Below are positions 52,773 to 64,000 of a stretch of DNA of 64,000 bases, piece by piece. How positions within the stretch are numbered: position 1 is the first letter of the stretch; each line of letters starts with the position of its first letter. A program made the translations under genes and the position numbers. The notes under the pieces were generated by a model, which was given only the letters and a program-made list of their open reading frames with translations, was not told the origin of the DNA and did not search any database. Source of the DNA: the human T2T-CHM13v2.0 reference genome, Homo sapiens. The stretch lies in NCBI RefSeq assembly GCF_009914755.1, contig NC_060943.1; one strand, written 5' to 3'.

Positions 52773-52909
52773 AAACATTTACCAAGGACAAATATGTCCC
52801 GGGCCCAGTGCTGGACTCTCCCCAAGCCTGGGGAGCATATTAAAGAAGTAGACTTTGTGTTGCTTTTTCCCGCATGGCATGCATGCTCCTGCTTCAGAGA
52901 AAGACATCT

Positions 52910-53325
52910 GTATTGTCCCTTGAAGGACCCCTCTGCCCCACTTTTATTCCCTAAGGTCTAGGGGGCTGCTCCATCCCCTCAATCCACTGGCCATGTGATC
53001 CAGGCCTGCCCTAGTCCCTGAGATGGGCTCACAGGTGGGTACATGACCAGGGTGTCATCCTGGCACTTTTGCTGGAACTAAAAGAGGAGATAAGCCCTTT
53101 GCTGCTTGGGGTCTCTTGGGGGAGAGGTTGGGACCATGACATGGAGATGGCCTGCCTGAGACTGAAGCCGACAGAGGAGAGGAGGCCAAGTCCTTATGAC
53201 ATCGACTGGGCTCCCGGAGCCCACTCTGCCTGGAAGTTTCCACTTACCTGAGCCAATAATATTTTTTCCTTTAGCCAGGTTGAATTGTATTTTCTGTCAC
53301 TTACAACCAAAGGAGTCTTGGCTCA
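52910..53325 (+). mobile_element. MaLR LTR (MLT1J-like)
   Basis: 3' end 'tgagccaataatattttttcctttagccagg...ttctgtcacttacaaccaaaggagtcttggct'. Confidence 0.65.
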
Positions 53326-54010
53326 TAGAGAAGATAAACAGGAAAGACACTATCCAATGCCACTTCCTCCATGAAGTCTTCCCTGATTCTTGCCAGCTCC
53401 ATTGGATATTTTCCTGCTTAGAAGCCTGGCGGGGGAGGAGGGATTGTTCTTATGGATCTCTCATGACCTTAGCTTTTTATGCCTTGGAGTATAAAGGGGA
53501 AATCTGGGTGCAAAGCCTGTATATGCATTTGAGTGGGGACAAAGCAGCAGAAAGAAAGATACAGAGTTAAGCACAAGATCTTAGCGGAAGATGAAAACCT
53601 CAGCCAAATATAAGTGGGGGACTCTGCAGTGAGGCAAGTGGACACCTCAGAGGACATGGGAGTGAGAGTGGTGTTGAAATCACCCAGTTCTAAGCTACAG
53701 GGAGAGGGTAGTGCTCTTGGCCTTGGTGCATATCTGTGACCCAGGTCCCCTATCCAACCATGAGCCTCCAACGCAGGCAAGAAGCCGGCCTCTTCCTTCC
53801 AGCCTCCTGGCACCATCAGGAAGGGTTGCTTGGCAGGCCACCTCCGGACTTTGATGCAGAATGTCCCCAGGTTCTATAAGCCTCCACCCTCGAGTTCCCA
53901 AAGGCTCTACTTGAGATGTTGCCTTGGGTCAATGTGTGGCCTAGGTTCCTGGTCCATTGGTGCATTTCCATAGCAGGTTAAGCTGGACCTTGGTAAAGTG
54001 TCACATGTAC

Positions 54011-55587
<1,577 letters not shown>

Positions 55588-56154
55588 GAAATAGGTTTTA
55601 AACCTTCCAAACTACTTAATTTTGGAGGATTTTGATTCTATTGATTGAAAACATAAAAATGCAACTCTTCTCATTCAAGGAGCACAAACCCCGACTGTCA
55701 TCAGGGAAGATTGGCATCTGCTGGCCGGATCGTCACAGAATTCTTGGTCCATTTGTATGGCTGGTGGGAGGCGTGGTCACTGGGAGGGGAGCACCATGAC
55801 CCAGCGGTGCCCGGGCTCTGTGGGAGACACATGTCTCCCTGAAGTGCCTGTTTAGTTATCAAGCCATTAAACCAAGTATCAAAATAAAATGAACTCAGAA
55901 CCAGGCTTTCAAATTGCTGCATCACGAAGTGTTAATCAAGATTTTCAAAAATAATGAAGCACATTTAATCACATTGCCATTCACTAAGAGTATCATAATT
56001 AATATTTGGGTGAGAGTAAAAAGATTGTGTTGTTAATAAATAAGTTATTTTAAATATTGTTTATCTTTAGCTTATCCTTAAAACATCTAGTCAGTGTATG
56101 TTTTATTATAAACATAGTAAAATAGTACCATAGTACATGCGTATTGGTGGCACG

Positions 56155-57970
<1,816 letters not shown>

Positions 57971-57979
57971 GAATGGAGA

Positions 57980-63600
<5,621 letters not shown>

Positions 63601-63617
63601 AATTATTTGGTTTTCTT

Positions 63618-63869
63618 ACCAAACACAGCATGTTCTCACTCATAAGTGGGAGTTGAACAATGAGAACACATGGACATAGGGAGGGGAACATCACACACCG
63701 GGGCCTGTCGGGCAGTGGGGGGCTAGGGGAGGGATAGCATTAGGAGAAATACCTAATGTAGATGATGGGTTGATGGGTGCAGCAAACCATCATGGCACAT
63801 GTATACCTATGTAACAAACCTGCACGTTCTGCACATGTATCCCAGAACTTAATGTATAATTTAAAAAAA
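63618..63869 (+). mobile_element. L1PA 3' end, 5'-truncated (~250 bp), with 20-bp TSD
   Basis: 'catgttctcactcataagtgggagttgaacaatgagaacacatggac...cacatgtatcccagaacttaa'; TSD aaaaattatttggttttctt at 63598-63617 and 63865-63884. Confidence 0.95.
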
Positions 63870-64000
63870 TTATTTGGTTTTCTTCAGGTAGGTTTTGCAC
63901 AATTCTTTTTTTTTTTTTTTTCTCTTTTTCAAGAGATAGGATTTTGCTCTGTCACCCAGGATGGAGTGCAGTGGCATGATCATAGCTCACTGTAACCTCC

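Noticed and set aside
51814-52961. His/Pro/Ser/Ile-rich ORFs of 263-283 aa
   Set aside because: Translations of the (CCAT)n array

Overview
Primate (human-like) genomic DNA with no supportable protein-coding gene. It is very Alu-rich (about 65-70 Alu pieces by eye count, roughly a quarter of the window), with old L1/L2/MIR and MaLR/ERVL LTR fragments, MER96 and MADE1 MITEs, and several simple or tandem repeats. There are two CpG-island promoters about 28.5 kb apart (~5.6-6.9 kb and ~33.5-35.5 kb). Together with plausible splice signals, they suggest two convergent lncRNA genes, tentatively LINC01270/LINC01271 on 20q13.13 (recalled from memory, unverified). The most unusual structure is at CpG island 2. 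Its core (CTCF, CCAAT and CRE-like motifs) is bracketed by ancient inverted arms of about 350 bp, one of them later split by an L1 insertion, and a third partial copy lies downstream. Divergent transcripts would therefore begin with homologous sequence. The window also holds several independent local inverted or templated duplications (11.7/12.5 kb, 18.4 kb, 39.9 kb, 42.5/43.0 kb, 52.6 kb). Other candidates are a MIR carrying an ISRE/AICE + PU.1 + C/EBP motif set, convergent CTCF sites, a 70-bp GC-box minisatellite promoter and AT-rich homeodomain-motif blocks that look like conserved enhancers. All alignments and identities were made by eye, and repeat subfamily calls and boundaries are approximate.
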